Under the pieces are notes generated by a model that did not search any database, had not been told where the DNA came from, and saw nothing but the letters and a program-made list of their open reading frames with translations. Below are positions 17,253 through 26,243 of a stretch of 64,000 nucleotides of DNA, in pieces. The stretch is from an uncultured bacterium (GTDB lineage Bacteria > Patescibacteriota > Patescibacteriia > Patescibacteriales > UBA12465): positions 705 to 64,704 of the forward strand of contig CAJAVM010000025.1 of assembly GCA_903945435.1 (NCBI GenBank), read 5' to 3'. A program made the position numbers and the translations under genes. Within the stretch, counting starts at the first letter, position 1. Every line of letters begins with the position of its first letter.

Positions 17253-18989
17253 ATGGAAAACTTAGAAACAAAACGTCATTCTCTTTCACACATAATGGCG
17301 GCGGCGATTAAAGAGTTTTGGCCGGACGCGCAACTTGCTATCGGCCCAGCGATTGAAAATGGCTTCTATTATGATATCGATTTTAATGAAACTAAAATTA
17401 CCGAGACTGATTTAAAAAACATCGAAAAGAAAATGAATCATCTTATCAAACAAAACTTAAAGTTTGAAAGAGTTGAATTAGAAATTCAAGCGGCCTTACA
17501 AGAAGCAGAAAAAGAAGGTAATCCTTATAAAACCGAGCTAATTAGTGAATTAATCAAAAAGGGCGAAACAAAGGTTAGTTTTTATACTATTGGTAAATTT
17601 ACCGATCTTTGTCGTGGCCCCCATATTGAAACTAGCATTAAAATTAAACCCGGAAGCTTCAAACTACATAAACTTGCCGGGGCCTATTGGCGTGGAGATG
17701 AAAAAAATAAAATGTTAACTCGCATTTACGGCCTAGCTTTTGAAACTAAAGAAGAGCTTGATGAATATTTAAAGATGATGGCCGAAGCAGAAAAAAGAGA
17801 CCATAGAAAAATTGGAAAAGAACAAGATTTACTGATGATGCACGAATATGCACCAGGTATTCCCTTTTTCCTTCCGAAAGGTTTTATTATTTTTCAAGAA
17901 TTATTAAAAGTAGCTCGCGAACATTCTTATGGTGAGGGCTATAAAGAAGTCAGAACCCCACAGCTTTTAAATGCTGAGCTTTGGAAAGTTTCCGGTCATT
18001 GGGACCATTATCAAGAAGATATGTTTATTTTGCATCATGCTGAAGATGATTGTGATTTAGGGATTAAACCAATGAACTGTCCAGCACACATGTTAGTTTT
18101 CAAACGCGACATTCATTCTTATCGTGACCTCCCCTTACGTTTAGCGGAAACAACGACTCTATATCGCAACGAAAAATCCGGGACCCTACATGGACTTACT
18201 CGTGTTAGAAGTTTATCGCAAGATGATAGCCATATTTTCTGTCGCCCAGAACAAATTTTAGAAGAAATTAATATATTATTAGACAAGATAAAAAACATAT
18301 ACAAAATCTTTAACCTCCAGATAGATGAAATCCATTTATCAACCCGCCCGGAAAAATTTTTAGGTGAACGGGCAGTTTGGGATGAAGCAGAAAATAACTT
18401 ACGCACTGCTTTAGAGGGTGCTAATCTAGCATATAAAATAAATGAGGGGGATGGTGCTTTTTATGGACCAAAAATAGATGTAAAGGTAAAGGACGCAATT
18501 GGAAGACAATGGCAACTAGCAACTATCCAGCTTGATTTTCAATTACCTCAGCGCTTTGAACTTCATTATACTGATACCGACGGTTCTCAAAAAACTCCAG
18601 TTGTTATTCATCGCGCTCTACTTGGCTCTTTAGAAAGATTCATGGGAGTAATTATTGAACATTACAGCGGAGTGTTTCCGCTCTGGCTCTCTCCAGTACA
18701 AATCAAAATCGTTTCAGTTGCTGAAGCTCATGTCCCTGCTTGTCAGAAGCTAGCCGAGGAATTAAAGGCCGCTGGAATTCGAGTAGAAATTGATGACAAC
18801 AACGAAACCATGGGAAATAAAATTAGAAAAGCGGCTAATGAAAAAATTCCGCACGTCCTAATTATCGGCGATAAAGAAGCTAATTCCGAAGTTTTAAGCG
18901 TACGCGATAGAGGTCAACAAGAAACTCGAGAAATTACGAAAGATAAGTTTATTAACGAATTATTAGATAAGATTAATAACCGTCTCTAG
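17253..18989 (+). CDS. thrS: Threonyl-tRNA synthetase, short form without the N-terminal TGS domain.
   Basis: Class II motifs (FRNEKSGTLHGLTRVR, HRALLGSLERF) and an anticodon-binding C-terminus. At 578 aa it begins at the second-additional (editing-related) domain. Confidence 0.9.
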   Translation: MENLETKRHSLSHIMAAAIKEFWPDAQLAIGPAIENGFYYDIDFNETKITETDLKNIEKKMNHLIKQNLKFERVELEIQAALQEAEKEGNPYKTELISELIKKGETKVSFYTIGKFTDLCRGPHIETSIKIKPGSFKLHKLAGAYWRGDEKNKMLTRIYGLAFETKEELDEYLKMMAEAEKRDHRKIGKEQDLLMMHEYAPGIPFFLPKGFIIFQELLKVAREHSYGEGYKEVRTPQLLNAELWKVSGHWDHYQEDMFILHHAEDDCDLGIKPMNCPAHMLVFKRDIHSYRDLPLRLAETTTLYRNEKSGTLHGLTRVRSLSQDDSHIFCRPEQILEEINILLDKIKNIYKIFNLQIDEIHLSTRPEKFLGERAVWDEAENNLRTALEGANLAYKINEGDGAFYGPKIDVKVKDAIGRQWQLATIQLDFQLPQRFELHYTDTDGSQKTPVVIHRALLGSLERFMGVIIEHYSGVFPLWLSPVQIKIVSVAEAHVPACQKLAEELKAAGIRVEIDDNNETMGNKIRKAANEKIPHVLIIGDKEANSEVLSVRDRGQQETREITKDKFINELLDKINNRL

Positions 18990-19062
18990 CACCCCCTGGG
19001 TAGGTATTCCCAATTTCTATATTTATGCTATTATATTGTTAATAATAATTAAGCTTAAAGTT

Positions 19063-19437
19063 ATGAAAATACAAAAATACCTACCAGCCATACTTGGCAC
19101 CATAGCGCTAATTTTCGTTATTACGTTAATGGTGATAAATAAAAATTCTGAAATGATTCTTTTCTACGGTGATACTTGTCCTCATTGTAAAAATGTTGAT
19201 GAGTTTATGACTGCCAATAAAATAGAGGAAAAAATAGAATTCAGAAAATTGGAAGTCTACAATCATCAAGACAATGCTCAGTTATTAACTCAAACAGCAA
19301 AAAACTGTGGCCTTGATACAACTAAGGGGGTTGGAGTTCCCTTCTTCTACGATGGAAAAACTTGTTTAGTAGGAGATACCGATATTATTAACTTTTTTAA
19401 GAACTACGGTAATAATTCTTCACAAGCAACAGATTAA
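19063..19437 (+). CDS. Membrane-anchored thioredoxin/glutaredoxin-fold protein with a CPHC active site.
   Basis: TM segment LPAILGTIALIFVITLMVI followed by FYGDTCPHCKNV. The ATG at 19063 is preferred over the TTG at 19036. Confidence 0.65.
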   Translation: MKIQKYLPAILGTIALIFVITLMVINKNSEMILFYGDTCPHCKNVDEFMTANKIEEKIEFRKLEVYNHQDNAQLLTQTAKNCGLDTTKGVGVPFFYDGKTCLVGDTDIINFFKNYGNNSSQATD

Positions 19438-19446
19438 AAAATAAAT

Positions 19447-19965
19447 ATGAAAAAAATAAATTTGATTGTCGCTTCAACTATAGCAACCTTTAGTCTCATC
19501 GCTTTACCAGCGAAAGCTGTTTGCCCGGTGTGCATTGTTGCCGTTGGAGCTGGTTTAGGCTTATCTCAGTATCTAGGAATAGATGATACTATTTCTGGAG
19601 TTTGGATTGGAGGATTAACAGCCGCCACAGCCGCCTGGACGATTAATTGGTTCAATAAAAAACATTGGAGCTTTGGGAGCAAATCATGGCGCGATGTGAT
19701 AACAGTAATTTTATACTACCTGATGGTTTTTTACCCCCTCATTAGTCAAGATTTAATTGGCCATCCTGCTAACAAGCTCTATGGAATCGATAAACTTGCT
19801 TTTGGTGCCATTTTCGGAAGCTTAGCTTTTTCTGGCTTTAGTTTATGGTATGTAAACTTGAAAAAAAATAATAATGGGCATGCTTATTTTCCTTTTCAAA
19901 AGGTAGCTATGCCATTTGGAGCTTTAGTATTTTGTAGTTTAGTCTTTTACTTTCTTACTAAATAA
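19447..19965 (+). CDS. Polytopic membrane protein with an N-terminal CPVC motif and no known family.
   Basis: Signal or TM segment, then VCPVCIVAVGAGLG, followed by about four hydrophobic segments. Confidence 0.5.
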   Translation: MKKINLIVASTIATFSLIALPAKAVCPVCIVAVGAGLGLSQYLGIDDTISGVWIGGLTAATAAWTINWFNKKHWSFGSKSWRDVITVILYYLMVFYPLISQDLIGHPANKLYGIDKLAFGAIFGSLAFSGFSLWYVNLKKNNNGHAYFPFQKVAMPFGALVFCSLVFYFLTK

Positions 19966-19971
19966 AAATAT

Positions 19972-20490
19972 ATGAGTGAAATTTTAAATTTAAATGAATT
20001 AGTTGAAAAAGTTGATCAACTAAAAAAGGATAATGCGCTTGACTTATCTTCCGATCAAGACTTAAGTATTGCAATTATGAATCTAGTTAGCATTGAAGAG
20101 CATTTTTTCTTTACTGGTGCTAAGACCGGTAATGACAAATACTATGACCTGCTAACTGAAGTTCGAGAAATGCGCAAACAACTATTAAAAAGAATCATCA
20201 AAGAATATGAAGGTGAGGTGTGGTGTATTTCTAAACATATGCTCGCCGCTTCCTATCGCTTAATGGAAGTAGGAACCAAGGCTCAAGCTAAGGGCAATAA
20301 AGAAGATGCTAAAGAAATGTTTCAGAAAGCTTATGATTTATATTCTTTATTTTGGGGTTTAAACATGAAATTGATTGATATCGGCGAAGTTAAAAAAATT
20401 GATGATAACGATTTAAACGTTAAAAAACAGACCGTAGCCGGAAAACTTGGCGCTTTAGTAAAAAAAGTAGTTGATTGTTGTATCGAATAA
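19972..20490 (+). CDS. Hypothetical soluble protein.
   Basis: 172-aa ORF tightly spaced after the two preceding genes. I recognised no motif. The C-terminus ends VVDCCIE. Confidence 0.45.
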   Translation: MSEILNLNELVEKVDQLKKDNALDLSSDQDLSIAIMNLVSIEEHFFFTGAKTGNDKYYDLLTEVREMRKQLLKRIIKEYEGEVWCISKHMLAASYRLMEVGTKAQAKGNKEDAKEMFQKAYDLYSLFWGLNMKLIDIGEVKKIDDNDLNVKKQTVAGKLGALVKKVVDCCIE

Positions 20491-20524
20491 AAAAATTAAA
20501 AAATATAAAAACTCTTACATACAT

Positions 20525-20560
20525 AAAAAAGGCTATCCTGCATAAAGATAGCCTTTTAGT
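20525..20560. terminator. Bidirectional hairpin terminator between convergent genes.
   Basis: AAGGCTATC-ctgcataaa-GATAGCCTT at 20529-20555, flanked by an A-run and a T-rich tract. Confidence 0.6.
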
Positions 20561-20601
20561 TTCCAACACTAACTTTAAAAACGGTCTTTAAAATACCAAT
20601 T

Positions 20602-20982
20602 TCAAATATTAGTACATTTTTTTCTTTCATTAAAAAAATCACGAGGAAAATCTTCATGAAAAGACGCAAACGCTTTCTGCTGATGATGGTTAAGATGCAA
20701 AATTTCAATCGGGATAAAGGTCATAGAACCAATGCCACCAAATTTTAATCCGCTAACAGCGACTGTTTCATTGGAACAAAACTCTTTGCGAGAAATATTC
20801 TCAACAAAATAGGAAACGATATCGCCCCCAATTAAAACTAAACCGCAAGGAAGTTTATGAACCCCAGCTTTAACTTCCGCTAAATGATGAAGAACCTTAC
20901 CCTCTTCACTCTGATACCAACCATCGGCATTTTTAGTTAATTCCATTAATGCCTTTCCAATACTTTTGTTTTTTTCTACCAT
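20602..20982 (-). CDS. Hypothetical protein.
   Basis: 126-aa ORF ending in TGA, with no recognisable motif. Confidence 0.4.
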   Translation of the reverse strand: MVEKNKSIGKALMELTKNADGWYQSEEGKVLHHLAEVKAGVHKLPCGLVLIGGDIVSYFVENISRKEFCSNETVAVSGLKFGGIGSMTFIPIEILHLNHHQQKAFASFHEDFPRDFFNERKKCTNI

Positions 20983-21122
20983 GATGCTTTGTTTTTATAA
21001 CGTAGGACAATAAAATTTAAAAGAACTAGAGAATATAATAATGATAAATTGGAAAAAGTCAATACTCTAAAAATACAAAAAACTGGGATAAACCAGCTTT
21101 AATACAGAAAAGAAGATATATT

Positions 21123-21803
21123 TTATTTTTTAGGACTAACAACAATAACCTCTTTAATAATTTCTTTAATCGGCTCATGATAGCCCGTTGTATAAGCTCT
21201 AATAGCATTCAATATCACCTTCTCATCATAACGATAAGATTCGCCCTTACGGGTTCCGGGGTCATTTGTAATAAACTGCCTATTTTTATAGTCATAACCA
21301 TTAATTAGCAGCATATGTCTTTCTGGTCCAGCTCCTGAAAAATTAGGATTTTTTAAGGTTTTTCCGTTAGTCGGTGCAATTACTAAATTCCCTGCTTCTA
21401 GCTCTTTAATAATATCTTCCTTATTCTGGATTTTTCTTATTGCCGTATTCTTATATTTAAAATAATCTCTAAATAGCCAGGCCTCGATATCACGCAAAGA
21501 AACATCGCGATATTCTCCGTACTTCTTTTTTTCAAAATCTGATAAAATAATAATTCTTAAGCGCCAATTTTTAGCAATAATATTTTTCTCTCCTCCAACC
21601 CAAGCCATAGCCATTAAAACCGAAGCCTCTTCGCAACCATCTTGTTGTCTTTGGTCCTTCCATTCACCTAGAGGTGCTTGAGAAGTAAATGGAACGTTTA
21701 TTAATAAATTACGCTTGCTACTTTCAGCAGCAAAAACATCGCCCACAAATCCAGCGAAAAAAACGAAAATTAGAAATAAGACAAAATAATGTTTAAATTT
21801 CAT
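21123..21803 (-). CDS. Secreted C39-like (papain-fold) peptidase domain protein.
   Basis: Signal peptide FVLFLIFVFFAGFVGDVFA. The motif VPFTSQAPLGEW...DGCEEASVLMAMAW resembles Peptidase_C39_2-type catalytic Cys context. Confidence 0.45.
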   Translation of the reverse strand: MKFKHYFVLFLIFVFFAGFVGDVFAAESSKRNLLINVPFTSQAPLGEWKDQRQQDGCEEASVLMAMAWVGGEKNIIAKNWRLRIIILSDFEKKKYGEYRDVSLRDIEAWLFRDYFKYKNTAIRKIQNKEDIIKELEAGNLVIAPTNGKTLKNPNFSGAGPERHMLLINGYDYKNRQFITNDPGTRKGESYRYDEKVILNAIRAYTTGYHEPIKEIIKEVIVVSPKK

Positions 21804-21821
21804 ATAAAGTTATTATAACAG

Positions 21822-21855
21822 AAAAAAAGCCATTCTTTAAGGAATGACTTTTTCT
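21822..21855 (-). terminator. Rho-independent terminator after the 21873..22631 gene.
   Basis: The minus-strand RNA folds as AAAAAGUCAUUC-CUUAAA-GAAUGGCUUUUU with one G.U pair, followed by UUUCUG. Confidence 0.6.
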
Positions 21856-21872
21856 AAAATACTTTTAAGGAT

Positions 21873-22631
21873 TTAATTTGCAACCGTTAATTTTTGCACT
21901 GCTCTTAAATCAGTGCGAATAATATTGTAGAATTCGATTTCTCTCATTTTACAAACCTGAGCATCGCCATCAACCAGAAAAAAGAAATGTCGTACAACTC
22001 CAGAATCTTCATAATGTCGTTCACGAATGGCAATAACTGTCGCTTTTCCAAAAATTGTAGAACATCTTTTCTTTTTTTCCGATTCCAAGATGCTAGATTC
22101 TTGAATGACAGTCTTTCCTCCTTTCAGAGTAAAAACTACTTTTCCTTCAGAATGTGAAGAAATAGTATCGCTAATAATTTCTGAGATAAACTTAGCATCA
22201 CCAAAAATTTTCTTTTTGATTAAGAGCTGCTTAAGACGAGCCTGTTCATCATTTTCAGTTAATAAATTTTGAATCACTTTTACAGAGGGTAATTTTCCCG
22301 AAGGAATACTAAATATCACTGCCTGAGCCTGATCGGCAAGCAAGGGCTTTCTTTTAATAACATCGAGAAATAGCGATAAGTGTTTTATGGCCATATCTTG
22401 TGGATACTGCAAAGCGAACTTTCGCCAAGAAAAAGAATAAGGGCCGACAATGGCCCCCTTAGTGGCTAACCGCAACCAGTCATCAAAATCAAAAAAAGTA
22501 ACTCCTTTTTGAGCCAAGTTAACTCCAGCCTTAGGGCTTTGATTAGCAATACTTAAAATTTCCTCCACAGCTGGACCGGCCTGTCCAGAAATTTTTAGGC
22601 ACGAATTCAAAAAACCGAAAAAATTTTTCAT
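21873..22631 (-). CDS. Hypothetical protein.
   Basis: 252-aa ORF with no recognisable motif. Confidence 0.4.
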   Translation of the reverse strand: MKNFFGFLNSCLKISGQAGPAVEEILSIANQSPKAGVNLAQKGVTFFDFDDWLRLATKGAIVGPYSFSWRKFALQYPQDMAIKHLSLFLDVIKRKPLLADQAQAVIFSIPSGKLPSVKVIQNLLTENDEQARLKQLLIKKKIFGDAKFISEIISDTISSHSEGKVVFTLKGGKTVIQESSILESEKKKRCSTIFGKATVIAIRERHYEDSGVVRHFFFLVDGDAQVCKMREIEFYNIIRTDLRAVQKLTVAN

Positions 22632-22804
22632 AACGAATAATTTGTTTGTTAAACAAAACGCTCGAGGCGCAAATTAATTTTAAAAAGAACAATTTAAAAA
22701 ACGCTCAGAATACTATAAACTAGGCGTATTTTATCCACCAATTTAAACATACTAGTCACACCCTGTCAATATGATATACTATTTCGGTAAACAATTTATT
22801 TTTT

Positions 22805-23614
22805 ATGCCCGACCTCACACTACTCCTTCATTTATTAACTCAATTTTCTTGGCTAGGTAACTGGCTCTTTTTAATTTTAGCCTTTATTGAATCGGCGCCA
22901 TTTATTGGAATGTTTATGCCTGGAGCAACACTAATCTCAATCGGTGGATTTTTAGCGGCTCAGGGATACCTGAATACTTGGGATATTGTGCTTTTTGCAA
23001 CTATAGGGGCAATCATGGGTGATTTTTTTAGCTATTCCCTCGGACGCTGGGGAGGAGACTGGATTAAAAGAAATAAGATCATTAATCAAAGACTACTCTA
23101 TCATGGCGAAAACTTCTTTCAAAATCATGGTAATAAAAGTGTTTTTCTGGGTCGCTTTTTCGGCCCAATTAGAGCAATTATTCCTTTTATCGCTGGCTTA
23201 TCAAAAATGCCCACTAAAGCTTTCGTGTTTTGGAATATTTTAAGCGCAATTGGCTGGGCATTATTAAATGTTTTTTTAGGATATTTTTCTGGAACTTTAT
23301 TAGCACTACTATTCAAGAAATGGTCAGGACGAGCAAGTCTAGCCGTAGTTATTATTCTCGCTGTTTTATTGGGCTACTGGCTGACTAAAAATAAAGGTGA
23401 ATCAATTATTGCTTATTTCCGTTTAAGTAGTTTAAATTTTTCTACTCGACTACGTAGCTATGCTTGGTTTAATAAATTTAATATTAAATACCAGATTGCT
23501 AACGAATACTTCACGGAAACTAAATATGCCGCCGAAAAGTTATTCGGCGGCATTATAATACTTATTTCTTTAATTGGAGTTTATATCCTAATCGAAATTC
23601 TTGATCTTATTTAA
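22805..23614 (+). CDS. DedA-family (SNARE-associated) membrane protein.
   Basis: GRFFGPIRAIIPFIAGLSKMP and an overall DedA-like topology. Confidence 0.7.
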   Translation: MPDLTLLLHLLTQFSWLGNWLFLILAFIESAPFIGMFMPGATLISIGGFLAAQGYLNTWDIVLFATIGAIMGDFFSYSLGRWGGDWIKRNKIINQRLLYHGENFFQNHGNKSVFLGRFFGPIRAIIPFIAGLSKMPTKAFVFWNILSAIGWALLNVFLGYFSGTLLALLFKKWSGRASLAVVIILAVLLGYWLTKNKGESIIAYFRLSSLNFSTRLRSYAWFNKFNIKYQIANEYFTETKYAAEKLFGGIIILISLIGVYILIEILDLI

Positions 23615-24734
23615 AGATTTTAGAATTTATAATTTCATCAATCACTAATTGTTTACCTACAGGAGAATAATGGGTATCGCCGCCATAAAAAAGCAAATCA
23701 TCAGGGTTTGTTTTTTTGTATTGAGTAAAAATTTGATATACATCAATATATTGTATTCCTCTTTTTTGAAGAGCAGCTTGTAATAAGGGAATAAAGTTAT
23801 CATAAGATTTACCGCCAGCAACCAAATCTCCATAAACAGAAAATTTATTAGGAATTATTAAATATACAAAAGTTAAATTATATTTTTCTTGAATTAACCT
23901 TGCTTCTTGAGCGATATTATCCGCCAAGTAATTTATTTCCTCGAGCTTTTTCTTATCTTCATTAAAATTTATCTCTGCATCAAAAAATAATAAGTTAGGG
24001 TTATCTAAATAAATTGGAGTTTTACTATTAATATCACCAAACCAATTAAAAGCCTTATTTTTTAACCAAATATTTACTGGCCTAAATAATATATTATTTT
24101 TAATAAAATATTCCACGCTTACTCTATCAAATAAAACACTACGAATATTGGACTTAGTTATAAATACCTTAACCCGGCTCTTAATATCAGACCAGTAATC
24201 ATTTTTTAAGGTATTAATATCGCTTACAGAATTATTTTTAAAATCAAATTCTAGCCCACGTGCCCTTTCAACGGCATTGCGTTCAACCGTTTCTAAAATA
24301 AAATATTTCCCTGTTCCTGTTTGATAATTTATTTCTGCCAAATATTTTAAAGGTGTTACTTCTCTACCCGATGTCGGCTTATAAAAAATTTTCTGATTCC
24401 AATTATTTTCTAAAGCATTAGGGACTGGGTCAGAATCATAGCCAGTATTAAAAAACGAGTCACCTTTTAAAATTACGGCCGCTTCATTTACTGACCAGTC
24501 AGCTGTTAATGGAGTATTCTGAATTTTTTCTTTGAACCTCTCTACCTCCGAAAAGCCAAACAAATCTCCACCCAGATATTTTTTTCCGTCATCTCCCAAG
24601 TAAATTCCGGTGCCATAGTCCTGATATAAGAACTTGCGCCCTAACTCTTTATCTTTTCCGGCTACTAAGAAAAAGGCTCCCAGAAAAAAGAAGATAAATA
24701 AAATAAAAATTGTAATTTTTTTTAAAACTTTCAT
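23607..24734 (-). CDS. AlgX/AlgJ-like (DHHW-type) accessory protein for polysaccharide O-acylation.
   Basis: N-terminal TM segment and a C-terminal GGDTHYSPVG motif. It lies immediately downstream of the MBOAT gene. Confidence 0.45.
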   Translation of the reverse strand: MKVLKKITIFILFIFFFLGAFFLVAGKDKELGRKFLYQDYGTGIYLGDDGKKYLGGDLFGFSEVERFKEKIQNTPLTADWSVNEAAVILKGDSFFNTGYDSDPVPNALENNWNQKIFYKPTSGREVTPLKYLAEINYQTGTGKYFILETVERNAVERARGLEFDFKNNSVSDINTLKNDYWSDIKSRVKVFITKSNIRSVLFDRVSVEYFIKNNILFRPVNIWLKNKAFNWFGDINSKTPIYLDNPNLLFFDAEINFNEDKKKLEEINYLADNIAQEARLIQEKYNLTFVYLIIPNKFSVYGDLVAGGKSYDNFIPLLQAALQKRGIQYIDVYQIFTQYKKTNPDDLLFYGGDTHYSPVGKQLVIDEIINSKIFK

Positions 24735-24738
24735 TTCA

Positions 24739-26181
24739 TTAAAATTGAAAGTATATAAACTGCTCGTTCACGAAGCGTCCTAAAAGCATAATTATAAATA
24801 CGATAAACAAGCAGGCAACGACTTGAATAAACAGGGGCAACCTAAATAATTTTTCCAAGCGTTTATCTTCAGCAATAAAATAATCAACAAAAGTTAAAAA
24901 ACTAATTGCACCAAAAATAATCAAAAAAGAATAACGATATTGAAGCAAAAATGGCCATAAACCTGATAAATTATAGCCATCGCTTACTATCTGTTTTAAA
25001 ATATACCAAGCTTCACCTACTGTTTGCGCCCTAAAAAATATCCAAGCGATACAAATTAGTATAAAAGTACTTATCATCTGATAAATATTATATACAGTGC
25101 CAAATAATTTAAAATTCTGCGTAAATTTTTGGCTAAGTTTATCTACCCAAATTGCGAAGACTAGATAAAAACCATTTAAACCGCCCCAAATAACATAAGT
25201 CCAATTCGCGCCATGCCAAATACCGCTCAGCAAGAAAGTAATAAACAAATTATATTGCCAGCGCCAAACAGCAACTCGACTACCGCCTAAAGGAATATAA
25301 ACATAGTCGCGAAACCAAGATGATAAAGATATGTGCCAACGACGCCAAAATTCAGAAATTGATTTAGAAAAATACGGCGCTTTGAAATTAACCATTAATT
25401 CAAAGCCAATAGTGCGCGCCAATCCGCGAGCCATATCTGAGTAGCCAGAAAAATCACAATAAATTTGAAATGCAAACAAAAAAGTTCCCAGAACAAAATA
25501 AGCCCCCGTATATTCATAGGGGTTATTAAAAATCTGATTTACAAAAATAGAAACCCTATCTGCAATAACGACTTTTTTAAATAAACCCCAAATAATCAAA
25601 CGCAGACCACTAAAAAAACGCTCAATCTGAAAAAAATGCTTTTCATGAAACTGATGCAATAAATTTTGCGGCCTTTCTATAGGTCCAGCGACTAACTGCG
25701 GGTAAAACATTACATACAACGCAAAAATTCCAAAACTTCTTTCAACTTTTTGACGACCATAATAAACTTCAATAATATAGCTCAAACTTTGAAAAGTATG
25801 AAAAGATAGGCCAATTGGCAACACCCAGGACAAGCTTTGAAGAGAATAGTTCCAATGAATGATTTCCGCTAGAGCTCCCAAATTGGCATTAAAAAAATTA
25901 AAATATTTAAAAACAAACAACATCCCGATATTAGATAGGATGCTTATCATTAAAATTATTTTTTTCTTAGCTCCAGACGACTTAGCAAGTAAAATCCCAG
26001 CAAAATAATCAACTGTAATGGTAAATGCTAAAATTAAAATATACTGAGGGACAAACCCCATATAAAAATAGCAACTGGCAAACAGAAGCCATAACCAACG
26101 GAACCTATGTGGAAGAATATAATAAAATCCCGTAACTAACGGAAAAAAGACAAATAAAAAAAATAGAGAATTAAAAAGCAT
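24739..26181 (-). CDS. MBOAT-family membrane O-acyltransferase, AlgI/DltB/PatA-like.
   Basis: 480 aa and polytopic, with FWRRWHISLSSWFRDYVYIPLGG and GIWHGANW motifs (conserved His). Confidence 0.8.
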   Translation of the reverse strand: MLFNSLFFLFVFFPLVTGFYYILPHRFRWLWLLFASCYFYMGFVPQYILILAFTITVDYFAGILLAKSSGAKKKIILMISILSNIGMLFVFKYFNFFNANLGALAEIIHWNYSLQSLSWVLPIGLSFHTFQSLSYIIEVYYGRQKVERSFGIFALYVMFYPQLVAGPIERPQNLLHQFHEKHFFQIERFFSGLRLIIWGLFKKVVIADRVSIFVNQIFNNPYEYTGAYFVLGTFLFAFQIYCDFSGYSDMARGLARTIGFELMVNFKAPYFSKSISEFWRRWHISLSSWFRDYVYIPLGGSRVAVWRWQYNLFITFLLSGIWHGANWTYVIWGGLNGFYLVFAIWVDKLSQKFTQNFKLFGTVYNIYQMISTFILICIAWIFFRAQTVGEAWYILKQIVSDGYNLSGLWPFLLQYRYSFLIIFGAISFLTFVDYFIAEDKRLEKLFRLPLFIQVVACLFIVFIIMLLGRFVNEQFIYFQF

Positions 26182-26243
26182 AGATTACTTATACAATTTA
26201 AAAGAAAAAATGCTATAATAAATATAAATTAGATTATAATATT

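Noticed and set aside
26182-26243. Riboswitches expected by gene context: an M-box upstream of the MgtA-like ATPase, and a yybP-ykoY element upstream of TerC (30627-30641).
   Set aside because: The intergenic spaces are only 62 nt and 15 nt, too short for those RNAs. No conserved cores were seen.
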